DNA of 64,000 nucleotides from a bacterium (lineage in GTDB: Bacteria; Zhuqueibacterota; Zhuqueibacteria; Residuimicrobiales; Krinioviventaceae), in NCBI GenBank assembly GCA_963675755.2, contig CAXXMD010000003.1, positions 2,400,001-2,464,000 of the forward strand, written 5' to 3'. The notes beneath the pieces were generated by a model. It did not search any database. It saw only the letters and a list, made by a program, of their open reading frames with translations, and had not been told where the DNA came from. Both the position numbers and the translations under genes were made by a program. This document shows positions 20,260 to 30,418 of the stretch, one piece after another; the first letter of the stretch is position 1, and the number at the start of each line of letters is the position of its first letter.

Positions 20260-21498
20260 ATGAAGAGATTTTTCCTATACATAGGTGAAGGTGTTAAAAT
20301 TGCATTTGAGGCACTACGATCTTACAAGCTGCGATCAATATTAACGACAATTGGTATTGTGATTGGTGTAACTACGGTAGTGTCTATTGTAGCCCTGATT
20401 GAAGGGTTGAATAATTCTTTTGAAGACCAAATTTCTGCTATTGGTACAGATACTTTGTTTATTGACAAGTATCCCTGGGTTATAACCAGTAATGCTGAAT
20501 GGTGGACCTTTCGCAATCGTCCCAATATTCCTGTGGATTTTGCCAATAGAGTTAAAGAATTGGCAAGTCTTGCCAAGGCAGTGGCTCCAACATTATATAC
20601 ACGACGCACTGTCAAGTTCAAAGATCGTGAAAGTGAAAATGTTCTCATAATTGGTACCAATCAAGATTACATGTATACTTCTAATGTTTATCCTGAAATT
20701 GGTCGGTTCATGTCCGAAACTGATGTAAGCCACCGGCGCAAGGTTTGTGTTCTAGGCTGGGATGTGTATGAAGCGCTGTTCCCCAAAGAACCTCCCATTG
20801 GCAAACGTATCAATATAGGTGGCAGGAAATACAAGGTAATTGGTGTTGTTGAAAAAAAGGGTTCCTTTTTTGGTGATAGCATGGATTCGAATGTATTAAT
20901 ACCTGTAGAGAATTTTACATCAGCATTTGGGATGCGCTGGCGCTCAACGGGGATTGAAGTCAAAGTAAAATCACCGGAATTGATGTCTGAAGCTGAAACA
21001 GAGTTGATTGGTATTATGCGTCGTTTGCGTGGATTGAAAGCAAATGAAGACAATGATTTTAATATCAATACACAAAGTATGCTCATGGATACTTATAATA
21101 ATCTTACCCGGGTATTAAAAATTGTTGCGGTGGGTGTAGGTTCAATCTCATTGCTGGTAGGTGGTATTGGTATTATGAATATTTTACTGGTATCTGTAAC
21201 AGAGCGTACCCGTGAAATTGGCATTCGAAAAGCGCTTGGCGCTAAACGTTTTGATATTATGCTTCAGTTTCTAATTGAATCGTTAATGATTTGTGCATTG
21301 GGTGTGTTAATTGGAATTGGTATTGCCGTAGGGGTGGCCAAGATGGTGTCGGCTGCTACACCTTTGACGGCAGCAATTACAATGACTGTTGCGTTTCTGG
21401 GAGTAGGTTTTGTATTTGTTATTGGATTATTTTTCGGTATTTATCCGGCATTCAAGGCTTCAAAACTGAATCCTATTGAAGCATTGCGTTATGAATAA
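20260..21498 (+). CDS. MacB-type ABC permease (YknZ-like)
   Basis: LRSILTTIGIVIGV ... GGIGIMNILLVSVTERTREIGIRKALGA ... PIEALRYE. Confidence 0.93.
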   Translation: MKRFFLYIGEGVKIAFEALRSYKLRSILTTIGIVIGVTTVVSIVALIEGLNNSFEDQISAIGTDTLFIDKYPWVITSNAEWWTFRNRPNIPVDFANRVKELASLAKAVAPTLYTRRTVKFKDRESENVLIIGTNQDYMYTSNVYPEIGRFMSETDVSHRRKVCVLGWDVYEALFPKEPPIGKRINIGGRKYKVIGVVEKKGSFFGDSMDSNVLIPVENFTSAFGMRWRSTGIEVKVKSPELMSEAETELIGIMRRLRGLKANEDNDFNINTQSMLMDTYNNLTRVLKIVAVGVGSISLLVGGIGIMNILLVSVTERTREIGIRKALGAKRFDIMLQFLIESLMICALGVLIGIGIAVGVAKMVSAATPLTAAITMTVAFLGVGFVFVIGLFFGIYPAFKASKLNPIEALRYE

Positions 21499-21513
21499 TT
21501 GATTGGAATTAAT

Positions 21514-22734
21514 ATGCATTTTGGTGAAAGTTTAAATATATCAGTTACCGCAATTATGACCAATAAGCTTCGATCGGCTTTAACGCTATTGGGTGTGATT
21601 ATTGGTGTAATGACCATCATTGCTATGCAGTCTTTGATCACAGGAATGCGTAACAGTGTTAAAAATCAGGCATCCATTTTGAGTTCTGATGTGTTCCAGG
21701 TCCAGAAATTTCCATCTGTTGGTGGTGGTGACTGGCACAAGTATCGTAACCGCAAAGATCTGACACTTGAAGAAGCCCAGGCATTGCGAACACGAATGAC
21801 CGCCGCATTGAATATTGGTGCCGAGGTTTGGACTTTTGGCCAGGAAATACGGCATAAAGATAAAAAAACCCTGCCCATGATGCCTGTTGCGGGTGCTACT
21901 CCTGAGTTTTTAGAACATAATAGCTATAATATTGAAGAAGGTAGATTTATAACTGAACAGGACGTTGAGCGAATTCGCAGAGTAGCTATAATCGGTCAGG
22001 ACATTAAAGAGCGTTTGTTCCCCTATCAATATCCCATTGGTCAGGATATAAAAATACAGGGGGAACGGTTTGAAGTTATTGGTTTGCTGGAAAAGACAGG
22101 CAGTATCTTTGGAGAGACACGTGATAATCGTGTGATCATTCCCATTACCCGGTTTCAAAAAGTATTTGGTAAAGAGCGGTCTTTGAATTTTACAGTTAAA
22201 GCCAAAGGCCCAGAAATGTATCAGACAGCGATGGACCAGGCTGTTGGTATATTACGTACCGTTCGCAAAGTACCCCCTGGTGAGGAAAATGATTTTGAAA
22301 TTCGTACAAACGAACAGTTTATGGAATTTTTTGATCAATTAACGGGTAGTGTAAAAATAGTCGCCATTGCCATTGCTTCGATATCCCTGTTGGTAGCGGG
22401 AGTTGGTATTATGAATATAATGCTGGTTTCTGTGACCGAACGTACCAAAGAAATTGGAATACGAAAATCCCTCGGAGCAAAGAAAAGAGATGTATTATGG
22501 CAATTTTTAATTGAAGCCGTAATTCTTACAGAGATTGGCGGTATTATGGGTGTACTTGTGGGATTAGGTATTGGAATGGTTGTCAAGATGGCAACACATA
22601 TACCAGCCGCTGTACCTATATGGACGGTTATACTGGGCCTGGGATTTTGTTCTTTCGTTGGAATCATTTTTGGTGTGTACCCGGCAACCAAAGCCGCGCG
22701 TATGGACCCTATTACAGCATTAAGATATGAATGA
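21514..22734 (+). CDS. MacB-type ABC permease
   Basis: LRSALTLLGVIIGV ... GVGIMNIMLVSVTERTKEIGIRK ... PITALRYE. Confidence 0.93.
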   Translation: MHFGESLNISVTAIMTNKLRSALTLLGVIIGVMTIIAMQSLITGMRNSVKNQASILSSDVFQVQKFPSVGGGDWHKYRNRKDLTLEEAQALRTRMTAALNIGAEVWTFGQEIRHKDKKTLPMMPVAGATPEFLEHNSYNIEEGRFITEQDVERIRRVAIIGQDIKERLFPYQYPIGQDIKIQGERFEVIGLLEKTGSIFGETRDNRVIIPITRFQKVFGKERSLNFTVKAKGPEMYQTAMDQAVGILRTVRKVPPGEENDFEIRTNEQFMEFFDQLTGSVKIVAIAIASISLLVAGVGIMNIMLVSVTERTKEIGIRKSLGAKKRDVLWQFLIEAVILTEIGGIMGVLVGLGIGMVVKMATHIPAAVPIWTVILGLGFCSFVGIIFGVYPATKAARMDPITALRYE

Positions 22735-22756
22735 TCTTAAAAATGTGGAGGCTTTT

Positions 22757-23098
22757 ATGAATATCGAAACCCGAATGGAGAAGGATGTTCTTATCCTCGA
22801 GTTGGAAGGAGACCTGATGGCCGGTCACGAGTCTGAGCAGCTTCGCCAGGTTGTAGACCAGTCTTTAAAGGATGAAAAGGTGAACGTTGTTGCAGACATG
22901 AGTAAAGTTACCTGGATGAACAGTTCAGGACTGGGGATGTTGATCAGCGCGTTGACCAGCCTCCGCGGTAGTGGTGGAGATTTGAGGTTGGCAAATCTTT
23001 CTGAGAAAATTAAACGTCCTATTAAAATTACCAAACTGGATAAAGTATTTCTCGATTTTGAATCGGTAGACCAGGCTGTAGATAGTTATTCGGAATAA
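22757..23098 (+). CDS. STAS domain anti-sigma factor antagonist
   Basis: GGAGG RBS; DMSKVTWMNSSGLGML with the phosphorylatable Ser. Confidence 0.9.
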   Translation: MNIETRMEKDVLILELEGDLMAGHESEQLRQVVDQSLKDEKVNVVADMSKVTWMNSSGLGMLISALTSLRGSGGDLRLANLSEKIKRPIKITKLDKVFLDFESVDQAVDSYSE

Positions 23099-23149
23099 TC
23101 ATAACCCTTTGTTTCTTCACCAAAGACTGATTTAGTCAAGGAGATTTGT

Positions 23150-23722
23150 ATGTCTCAATATGATAGAAATACAGTACTGCAGAAGCTCAATAATGGTGAA
23201 TCCCTGAGTGGTTCTGATTTGTCTGGTGTGGATTTATCATACGAAACATTAAAAGGGGTGGACCTGTCGCAATGTAATTTAGAAAAAGCACATTTGCAAA
23301 ATGCCAATCTTGAAGGCGCAAACCTGAGCGGTTCTAAATTAAATGAAGCGTTTATGTTTGGCTGCAATTTGTTTAAGGCAAATCTGGATGGTGCGGTTTT
23401 GGATGAATCCAATATGCAGGACAGTAATCTGGATTCGGTTAGCGCCAAAGGAGCCAGCTTTTATCATGTAGCGTTGCTTGGCTCTAGTATGGAAAACGCG
23501 GATTTTAGCAATGCAAGTTTGTTGAAATCTCGCATGAAACGAGCCAGTCTGAAAAACAGCAGATTTGACAATGCCAATCTTGAACAGGCACAGCTTGTGA
23601 GGAGCGACTTGTCCGGAGCCAGTTTTGTGAATGCTGTTTTAAAAGATGTTACAATGACCAATGCAAATGTTGAAAATACGGATTTTACCGGGGCAGATAC
23701 CAGCGGGGCTTCCGGACTTTGA
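23150..23722 (+). CDS. Pentapeptide repeat protein
   Basis: Continuous A(N/D)LxG-type pentapeptide repeats; AGGAG RBS. Confidence 0.92.
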   Translation: MSQYDRNTVLQKLNNGESLSGSDLSGVDLSYETLKGVDLSQCNLEKAHLQNANLEGANLSGSKLNEAFMFGCNLFKANLDGAVLDESNMQDSNLDSVSAKGASFYHVALLGSSMENADFSNASLLKSRMKRASLKNSRFDNANLEQAQLVRSDLSGASFVNAVLKDVTMTNANVENTDFTGADTSGASGL

Positions 23723-23744
23723 TATAAAATATTATAGATTATTG

Positions 23745-23777
23745 GGAGGGCCGTTTATTTCAAATGGCCCTTTTTTT
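23745..23777 (+). terminator. Rho-independent terminator
   Basis: GGGCCGTTT-atttc-AAATGGCCC followed by T7. Confidence 0.8.
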
Positions 23778-23837
23778 ATTGCTAGAAATATATTGATTCT
23801 GTCACCACTTCTTTGTATTTTGGTCTTGATTTATTTT

Positions 23838-24830
23838 ATGCAGGAGAGAAAATTGCCGGAACAATCTCGTTTTGACCAGTTAAAGACAAGAGTGGTTGAA
23901 CATTTACAAACATTTCTTGATAAAAAAGAACCCGTGTTATTATATGAGCCTATTACCTATACCATGTCTGCAGGTGGCAAACGTTTACGTCCGGTAATGA
24001 CATTGATTGCGTGTGAAGCTGTGGGTGGAACCGTTAATGACGCTCTCGATGCCGCAGCAGCTCTGGAATTTTTGCATAATTTTACACTCATCCATGATGA
24101 TATTATGGACGATGATGATATGCGCAGGGGCCGTGAAACTGTTCATAAAAAATGGGATGAGAATGTAGCTATTCTTTCCGGTGACGCCTTGCTGGTTATT
24201 GCGTACAAAGCAATTTCTCAATGTAATCCTGAAAAACTGCCCGTTGTGATCGATTATTTTTCAAACGGTATACTCAAGGTTTGTGAAGGGCAAACCTATG
24301 ATAAAGAGTTTGAAACACGTGAATCGGTTACTTTGAGCGAATATTTTGACATGATAGATAAAAAGACAGCAGAACTTTTTGCTGTTTCATGCGCAATTGG
24401 TGCTACATTGGGTAATGGAACTGATGAGCAGGTTGCTGCTTTGAGATTGTATGGTATGAAGCTGGGACGCGCTTTTCAGATACAGGATGATCTGTTGGAT
24501 GTAACCGCAGATCAGGATGTATTGGGTAAAGACATTGGCAGCGATATTGAAGAAAATAAAAAAACGTTTCTGGTTTCACATGCATTGGAACATGCAGTGC
24601 CTGATGAAAAAGAGAAATTAAAATTATTGTTGCAAAAAGGTAAAATTACCAGCCAGGATGTATCTGATGTGATTGATATTTTTGAACATGCAGGTACAAT
24701 TCAAGCGGCCCGGGACATAATTTCCGAATGTATTAAAGACGCCCGAACCGCTTTACAATCGTTTGATGAGAGTGATGCAAAAAATCAGTTATTGCTATTG
24801 CTTGAAATGATTGAAAAACGCAATTCCTGA
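23838..24830 (+). CDS. Polyprenyl diphosphate synthase, probably short-chain (FPP/GGPP)
   Basis: GGKRLRP; FARM HDDIMD with Phe at the chain-length position; RRG; SARM FQIQDDLLD. Start is ATG 23838 or TTG 23853 (AGGAG before the latter). Confidence 0.92.
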   Translation: MQERKLPEQSRFDQLKTRVVEHLQTFLDKKEPVLLYEPITYTMSAGGKRLRPVMTLIACEAVGGTVNDALDAAAALEFLHNFTLIHDDIMDDDDMRRGRETVHKKWDENVAILSGDALLVIAYKAISQCNPEKLPVVIDYFSNGILKVCEGQTYDKEFETRESVTLSEYFDMIDKKTAELFAVSCAIGATLGNGTDEQVAALRLYGMKLGRAFQIQDDLLDVTADQDVLGKDIGSDIEENKKTFLVSHALEHAVPDEKEKLKLLLQKGKITSQDVSDVIDIFEHAGTIQAARDIISECIKDARTALQSFDESDAKNQLLLLLEMIEKRNS

Positions 24831-24838
24831 TTTATTTT

Positions 24839-25330
24839 TTATTCAGCTTTTTTATAAACAAGTGTTTGTTCCCGGTCACCTCGGGGTGTTGTAGATTTGG
24901 ACTCAATAGTCAGCACTTTGCCGCTTTCATTCAACGACCATTTTTCTTCGTTATTGAGTTCAAAATCATTTCCGTTAAAATTCATAGCGATAACGGATGT
25001 AATGATAAGCGTTTTTTTATCTGATGAAAAGGTAACAGTTGATTCCTTGTCACCTCTGAACCATTCGTTTGTGCATTTTTTACCATCCAGGGTCAGAGTT
25101 TCGGTCATTTTTCTTTCTTCACCGTCTCTGCCTGTGGAAACGCATTCTATCTCGAGCTTTGTTCCGTGATCTACGGTTAACGTTGTTGCGGCCATTCCGC
25201 CTCTTCGTCCTTCACCCAAATCACTTTTGTCTTTGTCCAAAGTCCAGGTACCGGTAAAGTTGGGTTGGGCAAAAACAGATACAGTCAAGACTACTGTGAA
25301 AATAAAAATAGTTTTTAATGTGTTGTTCAT
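24839..25330 (-). CDS. Secreted hypothetical protein, lipocalin-like beta-barrel
   Basis: Signal peptide; PNFTGTWTLDKDKS N-terminal motif and VYKK C-terminus; AGGAG RBS. Confidence 0.75.
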   Translation of the reverse strand: MNNTLKTIFIFTVVLTVSVFAQPNFTGTWTLDKDKSDLGEGRRGGMAATTLTVDHGTKLEIECVSTGRDGEERKMTETLTLDGKKCTNEWFRGDKESTVTFSSDKKTLIITSVIAMNFNGNDFELNNEEKWSLNESGKVLTIESKSTTPRGDREQTLVYKKAE

Positions 25331-25359
25331 TGTAATCTCCTTTTGTTTGATATATGAAT

Positions 25360-25385
25360 AACGTCTGGATTTTAGATTTGTTCTA
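25360..25385 (-). promoter_or_regulatory. Putative ECF sigma promoter
   Basis: Minus strand TAGAAC-N16-CGTT, 29 bp before the start codon. Confidence 0.45.
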
Positions 25386-25442
25386 AAATTTTATGTTTTA
25401 GTAAATGAATAGATAATTTTGTATATTTAAATTTGGATAAAT

Positions 25443-26585
25443 ATGAAGCATATAATTATTTACATATACCCGCTTTTTATCAACTTGATTGTTGGTGTGT
25501 TAATGTTTGTTGGTCCTATGCGGGCTTCGGAACAGGGTGCCAGCTTAACAGCCATATCACTAATGTTGACCAATTATGGTGTGGGTTATATTGTGTTTTC
25601 ATTGCTGATGGGACGTGTTGTTAAAGACCATCTGGCAAAGATTCAGGTAATGGTTGCTGCCTTTGCTGTTGCGGTTATGTGTTTTGTACTGGGATTTATT
25701 GACCAGGTAGTTTGGGTAATTGTAATTTATACGTTCATTCCCTTGTGGACCTCACTTTTTTTCAACGCATTCCAGTCGTACATGAAACATGTCCAGATTC
25801 AAAATGAAAAACCAATGGCGTATTCTATATCTTCATATCTGGCTGCATTGGCAGTAGGATTTGCTTTAGGTTCCATGTTGAGTGGCACTATACGTGAGTA
25901 TATGTCCTGGAATGCCGCATATTTTACCGCTGGTATTATCGCATTGTCAATTTCGGGTATGGTGTTGTTCATTCGTCCTGAAAATACCGGGAATACTGTA
26001 CAATCGAATGCTACCGTTGTGCCCAAAAGACCGGTTTTAACCTTTGCGGGGTGGAGCGGTTCTTTTTCTGCAATTATTATTATTTCATTGTTCTTGACTA
26101 TATTCCCCAAGCAGTCAGAGTTGTTACAGCTTTCATCATTGCAAAAAGGACTCGTTATTTTTTTGTATAACATTATCCAGGCTGTTGCTGTGCAGTTTTT
26201 ACCAAAAAACTATACATGGCTTTATCAATACAAAAAGGCACCATTGGCGAGTCTATTTGGTATTGTTTGTTTGGTTTTGTTTTTTATAGCTTCCAATGTT
26301 TACGTTATGTATTTGGGCGCTCTTTTCCTGGGTGTTTTTGCAACCATCACCTTTTTTGCCGCGATATTGCACAGTATGGCTGACCTTGAGCATTCTGTAC
26401 GAAATATTGCCATTAATGAAACTGCTGTAGGAACGGGCTTTCTTGTTGGTCCCCAGTTTATACACCTTACTTTGGGTTTTGGCGATTTTCGTGCTGCATT
26501 CCTTAGTGTAGCATTAGGTATAGTTTTGATGATGATTTTTCAATTTATTTATATACGTAATAAAACTCTAAAATTTAATGGTTGA
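25443..26585 (+). CDS. MFS transporter
   Basis: About 12 hydrophobic segments in a 6+6 arrangement, 380 aa. Confidence 0.8.
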   Translation: MKHIIIYIYPLFINLIVGVLMFVGPMRASEQGASLTAISLMLTNYGVGYIVFSLLMGRVVKDHLAKIQVMVAAFAVAVMCFVLGFIDQVVWVIVIYTFIPLWTSLFFNAFQSYMKHVQIQNEKPMAYSISSYLAALAVGFALGSMLSGTIREYMSWNAAYFTAGIIALSISGMVLFIRPENTGNTVQSNATVVPKRPVLTFAGWSGSFSAIIIISLFLTIFPKQSELLQLSSLQKGLVIFLYNIIQAVAVQFLPKNYTWLYQYKKAPLASLFGIVCLVLFFIASNVYVMYLGALFLGVFATITFFAAILHSMADLEHSVRNIAINETAVGTGFLVGPQFIHLTLGFGDFRAAFLSVALGIVLMMIFQFIYIRNKTLKFNG

Positions 26586-26591
26586 TTGCTT

Positions 26592-26807
26592 ATGCGTCGT
26601 ATTTTATTTTTAGCTTTTTTGGTTATGCTCGCCTATTATATATTTTCCAAAGTGTGGGGACTTTTAATATCCGGCAAGATCTTTGATGAAGGGGCCCTCA
26701 AGGAAGCTTTTAGGGAATCGGGGCAAACTGTATGGTGGTTTATGAAAACGTTTGTTGTTGTATGGCTGATATATCTTGTCTTTGTTTATTTTGCAAGAAA
26801 CCACTAG
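26592..26807 (+). CDS. Small 2-TM hypothetical membrane protein
   Basis: Two hydrophobic helices; follows the MFS gene by 6 bp. Confidence 0.65.
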   Translation: MRRILFLAFLVMLAYYIFSKVWGLLISGKIFDEGALKEAFRESGQTVWWFMKTFVVVWLIYLVFVYFARNH

Positions 26808-26922
26808 TTTTTTTTATTGATTGTGAAAAGACCAACCATAAAGGTGTAAACTAGATTAATTTTTTAATACTATACATCTGTAATACAGCCGGATTCAATC
26901 TTTGACAGTTAGTTACCGAATA

Positions 26923-28191
26923 TCATTCTACCTTGTTGTGCATAAATTCCTGTTCTATTATACTCCGCAGGCGATTTTCAGCCAACTCTAAATATAGAGA
27001 TGACGAATCGCTGTTTTTACACATATCAATATAATCCCGATAATATTGTTTTGCCAACGCTTTATCATCCGATTTTTCATCATATACCACTGCCATATTG
27101 TAATACGAGATAATATGTTTGGGATTCAGACAGATAATGCGTTGATACAAATCAATCGCTTCATCATATTCATGCAAGGCCCGATGATTGGTTGCCTTGT
27201 AAGAGTATAATGAAATCAGATAGGCCTGATCACTGCACTGGATGGCAATGTGATATTCTTCATTAGCGACTTTGTGTCTGCCAAGAGAAGCCAATGCCAT
27301 TCCCCGGTACATATGCCCGTACATGTCCTCATTGTTTAGCGCAATCAGTTGTTGAGCAGACTGTTCACAAAGTTTATATTTTTCTGCAATATAACTGTAA
27401 CGAACCAGGCTTTTTAGCGACGCATACAGATAATTGCCTTCCAGCTCGACACATCTCTGATGATTTTTTATGGCGGCATCAAGAGTATCCATTTTGTACA
27501 ACGCTTCGCCCATGTAATAATAGAGTGCGTCCGAGTCTGCATTCAGGGCCATTGCAGAAATAAACGTGCTTACTGCGTCAACAAAATTTTCCAGGCTATA
27601 TTGTGTAATGCCCATATATAACCGACTTTTGAAATGTTTGGGGTCCAGATTGGATGCATGTTCCAGATATTTCAGAGCTTGTTCAAAATCGCCTTCCCGA
27701 TAAAATGCATAACCCAGTCTATAGGTGTCATTGACCAGGGTTGTATCTAATTTATATATGTTCAGCAGGGGGGCGATGGATAGCGAAAACCGTCCCTGTT
27801 TTTGGTAAAGCAATGCAAGCTTGCGCAAAGCCTGAACATGGGTTGTGTCTAGTGCCAGTGCATGCTGATAAGAAACCGCGGCATCTGATTCATTACCCCG
27901 AGATTCATAACATCCTCCTATCAGTACATGAATATCTGCACTATCAATATCAGTTGCACCGAGGCTTTTTATAAAGGCATCCAATGCCTCAGAGTCCCGA
28001 TCTAATGATTTGAGGGCCTGGCCCAGATAATAGTTTAGATTCGGATCATCAGGATAGGTTTGCAAATGGACATGCAGGGTGTCAATAGCCAAGTCGTATT
28101 CCTGATTGATAAACATTTGCAGAATATCATTAGTAGTTGCGGCACCAATTGGTAATGATAAAGACAGGAGTAATAAAAAGAGTTTATGCAT
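26923..28191 (-). CDS. Tetratricopeptide repeat protein, secreted
   Basis: Signal peptide; multiple TPRs (YYLGQA, YRLGYAFY...ALKYLEHA, YYNMAVVY). Confidence 0.88.
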   Translation of the reverse strand: MHKLFLLLLSLSLPIGAATTNDILQMFINQEYDLAIDTLHVHLQTYPDDPNLNYYLGQALKSLDRDSEALDAFIKSLGATDIDSADIHVLIGGCYESRGNESDAAVSYQHALALDTTHVQALRKLALLYQKQGRFSLSIAPLLNIYKLDTTLVNDTYRLGYAFYREGDFEQALKYLEHASNLDPKHFKSRLYMGITQYSLENFVDAVSTFISAMALNADSDALYYYMGEALYKMDTLDAAIKNHQRCVELEGNYLYASLKSLVRYSYIAEKYKLCEQSAQQLIALNNEDMYGHMYRGMALASLGRHKVANEEYHIAIQCSDQAYLISLYSYKATNHRALHEYDEAIDLYQRIICLNPKHIISYYNMAVVYDEKSDDKALAKQYYRDYIDMCKNSDSSSLYLELAENRLRSIIEQEFMHNKVE

Positions 28192-28207
28192 GATTTCTCC
28201 GGAAATG

Positions 28208-28247
28208 AAACAACACCAGGAAAATTTAAATCATCCTGGTGTTGTTT
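28208..28247 (-). terminator. Intergenic hairpin (weak terminator or mRNA stabiliser)
   Basis: AAACAACACCAGGA / TCCTGGTGTTGTTT, 14-bp inverted repeat between the M56 and TPR genes. Confidence 0.6.
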
Positions 28248-28265
28248 TTAGGGTGAAGGACTTTT

Positions 28266-29984
28266 CTATTTTGTATCTTTTAATCGGAAAACAACCGGTA
28301 TACCAACCCAAACTTTGAGAGGTTTATCGCGTTGTTTTGCTGGCTCCCATTTTACAGATTTGATTGCTTGAATTGCGGCTTCCGCGCAACCGTTATCTCC
28401 ATTACCAATGTTCTCGAGTATTTCAGTATCAATTATATTTCCTTCACCATCAAATAGACAATTAATTACTACTCTGCCTTCAATTCCGGCTTTGATAGCA
28501 AGATTAGGGTATCTTAGATTTTTTTGAATGGCAGAAAACCCTCCTGTGGGTTTTGGAGAAGTACTTAATTTTTTCCATTCGTTTTGATCTGTTTTAGATG
28601 GAGGTGGCGGACTGTCTTCAGTTTTTGGCGTTACCAGAACCTCTTCAGTCCCATTGTCGGTAGAAATAGTGATTCGTTCAGAGCCATAGGTGACAATTTC
28701 TTTTTCCATGGGAACAACAGTGATTTCCAATTTGCAGTTAATGTTTGTTGCTTTATTTGCTGCAACTTTAACATCATTAATAATTATGGTTTTATAACCA
28801 ATCATTTGAAACTCGAGGGTGTAACTTCCCGGTGGAATGTTTGGTATAAAGTACTTTCCATCCTTGTCCGCTGCCGCTCCTAATGAGGTACCTTTGACAA
28901 TTATATTGGCACCGGGTAAAGCATATTCTTCATCCAGGTCTTGAACTTGACCCCAAATCTTTCCAGCAGCTCCTGGTGTGTTCATGCTTGATATTTCTGA
29001 TGTTACAGCTTCGGGTGCCTGGGGTACTCTTGAATTTTCCTGACTGCAATACCAGGACAAGGGTAGAATGAGCAGCGCCAGGATGAGCAGCGCTGCCCGG
29101 GTTTTGAATGTAGAACGTTTTTGCATAGTTCCCTCCTGCAATTGGTACGTTACACGATTTAATAATTTATGTTTTTGCTTGATCAAGGCCGATGCGGAAA
29201 TGTAACTCCATTGCGGATCTGTGATTTTTTCCGCAATGTCAATTAAATAGCGTGAATAGTCTCCTGGTGATATACTTGATTTTTCAATCGCATAATCATC
29301 ACAGGCCATTTCACGGTACTCGTTAATACGTTCATTTAACAGCCAGACAAAAGGATGAAAAAAGTAGAATGCCTGTACAACTGTTTGCAGAAATTGCACA
29401 AAGCCGTCTTTGCGTTCAATGTGTGCCAGTTCGTGCTGCAATAATACTTTGCGTCCTTTTTCGGTTATAGCGTTCCAGTAATCCGGAACATAGATGCGAT
29501 TGGGGAATACGCCCATACTGAGAGGCGAAAATATATTTTTGCTAATAAAAAGATCTATAGAGGAATCATGAGCCGGCAGCTTTTTAGCAGACTCGAGAGA
29601 AAGCTTTAAAATAAAGGTTGAAAGTGTTGAGATGATCAAATAAAGTGCTGCTGAGCCGATCCAGATCATGAAAAGAATAGCCGTTGCAGAGGGTTTGGTC
29701 ATTGATATTTCCTGAACAACAGTTTCTATGGATATAAGCTTTTCCACCGTTACAGATTGAGCTACAGGTTCTGTCAATGCAAACCATGAAAAATGTCCCG
29801 GAATAAAGGGGGGGAGTAACAATTTAATGATACCAAGCACACCAATCATATATTTAATACGGGCATCTGCTTTCCGTAAAAGATGTAAAACAAAAAATAC
29901 CAGACCCAGGAAAATCGTATTTTGCAAAATGGCCAAGCCAAAATACGATGCCCAGGTTTCCGCGATTTGATTAAAGAATATCAT
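28266..29984 (-). CDS. BlaR1/MecR1-type M56 metallopeptidase fused to a carboxypeptidase-regulatory-like domain and a TonB C-terminal domain
   Basis: HELAH zinc motif, FHPFVW, REMACD; LPGANIIVKGTSLGAAADKDGKY domain; YPNLAIKAGIEGRV...WEPAKQ...PVVFRL TonB_C. Confidence 0.9.
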   Translation of the reverse strand: MIFFNQIAETWASYFGLAILQNTIFLGLVFFVLHLLRKADARIKYMIGVLGIIKLLLPPFIPGHFSWFALTEPVAQSVTVEKLISIETVVQEISMTKPSATAILFMIWIGSAALYLIISTLSTFILKLSLESAKKLPAHDSSIDLFISKNIFSPLSMGVFPNRIYVPDYWNAITEKGRKVLLQHELAHIERKDGFVQFLQTVVQAFYFFHPFVWLLNERINEYREMACDDYAIEKSSISPGDYSRYLIDIAEKITDPQWSYISASALIKQKHKLLNRVTYQLQEGTMQKRSTFKTRAALLILALLILPLSWYCSQENSRVPQAPEAVTSEISSMNTPGAAGKIWGQVQDLDEEYALPGANIIVKGTSLGAAADKDGKYFIPNIPPGSYTLEFQMIGYKTIIINDVKVAANKATNINCKLEITVVPMEKEIVTYGSERITISTDNGTEEVLVTPKTEDSPPPPSKTDQNEWKKLSTSPKPTGGFSAIQKNLRYPNLAIKAGIEGRVVINCLFDGEGNIIDTEILENIGNGDNGCAEAAIQAIKSVKWEPAKQRDKPLKVWVGIPVVFRLKDTK

Positions 29985-30376
29985 TGATTATCCTTTAGGT
30001 TTTTTTCTTTTTCTTTTAAAAGGGCTTTTATTTTTTTGATCTCGTCCATACTCAGCTCCTGTGAGTCAATCAGATAGTTTGCCATGGCGGGTACCGAGCC
30101 TTTAAAAATACGCGAGGCAACGGAAGATATTTCTGATCTTACCATGTCTTTTCGGGATTCGACAGGTTTGTAAAAATTAACCAATCCGATTTTTTCAGTT
30201 TCCAACATGCCTTTTTTAACCAGGGTATTCATGATTGTTTGCACGGTGGTATATGCCTTTTCTCCGTTGGGGTAAAGTTTTTCCAATACATCTCTTACCG
30301 AGGGCGGGGTTTCCAAATTCCAGATTGCTTCCATAATTTCCCATTCTACCGGAGTCAGTTTATTGTTAGGCGCCAT
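29981..30376 (-). CDS. BlaI/MecI/CopY family repressor
   Basis: LTPVEWEIMEAIW...AYTTVQTIMNTLVKKG; overlaps the M56 gene start. Confidence 0.93.
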   Translation of the reverse strand: MAPNNKLTPVEWEIMEAIWNLETPPSVRDVLEKLYPNGEKAYTTVQTIMNTLVKKGMLETEKIGLVNFYKPVESRKDMVRSEISSVASRIFKGSVPAMANYLIDSQELSMDEIKKIKALLKEKEKNLKDNQ

Positions 30377-30402
30377 TGTTTCTCCTATGGTTATAATTTA
30401 AC

Positions 30403-30418
30403 TACTATACCTATAGTA
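30403..30418. promoter_or_regulatory. Putative BlaI operator
   Basis: Perfect palindrome TACTATA-CC-TATAGTA immediately downstream of the -10 box. Confidence 0.65.

Noticed and set aside
23661-23837. N-terminal extension of the polyprenyl synthase ORF
   Set aside because: It overlaps the pentapeptide gene and runs through a terminator; the plausible start is 23838 or 23853.
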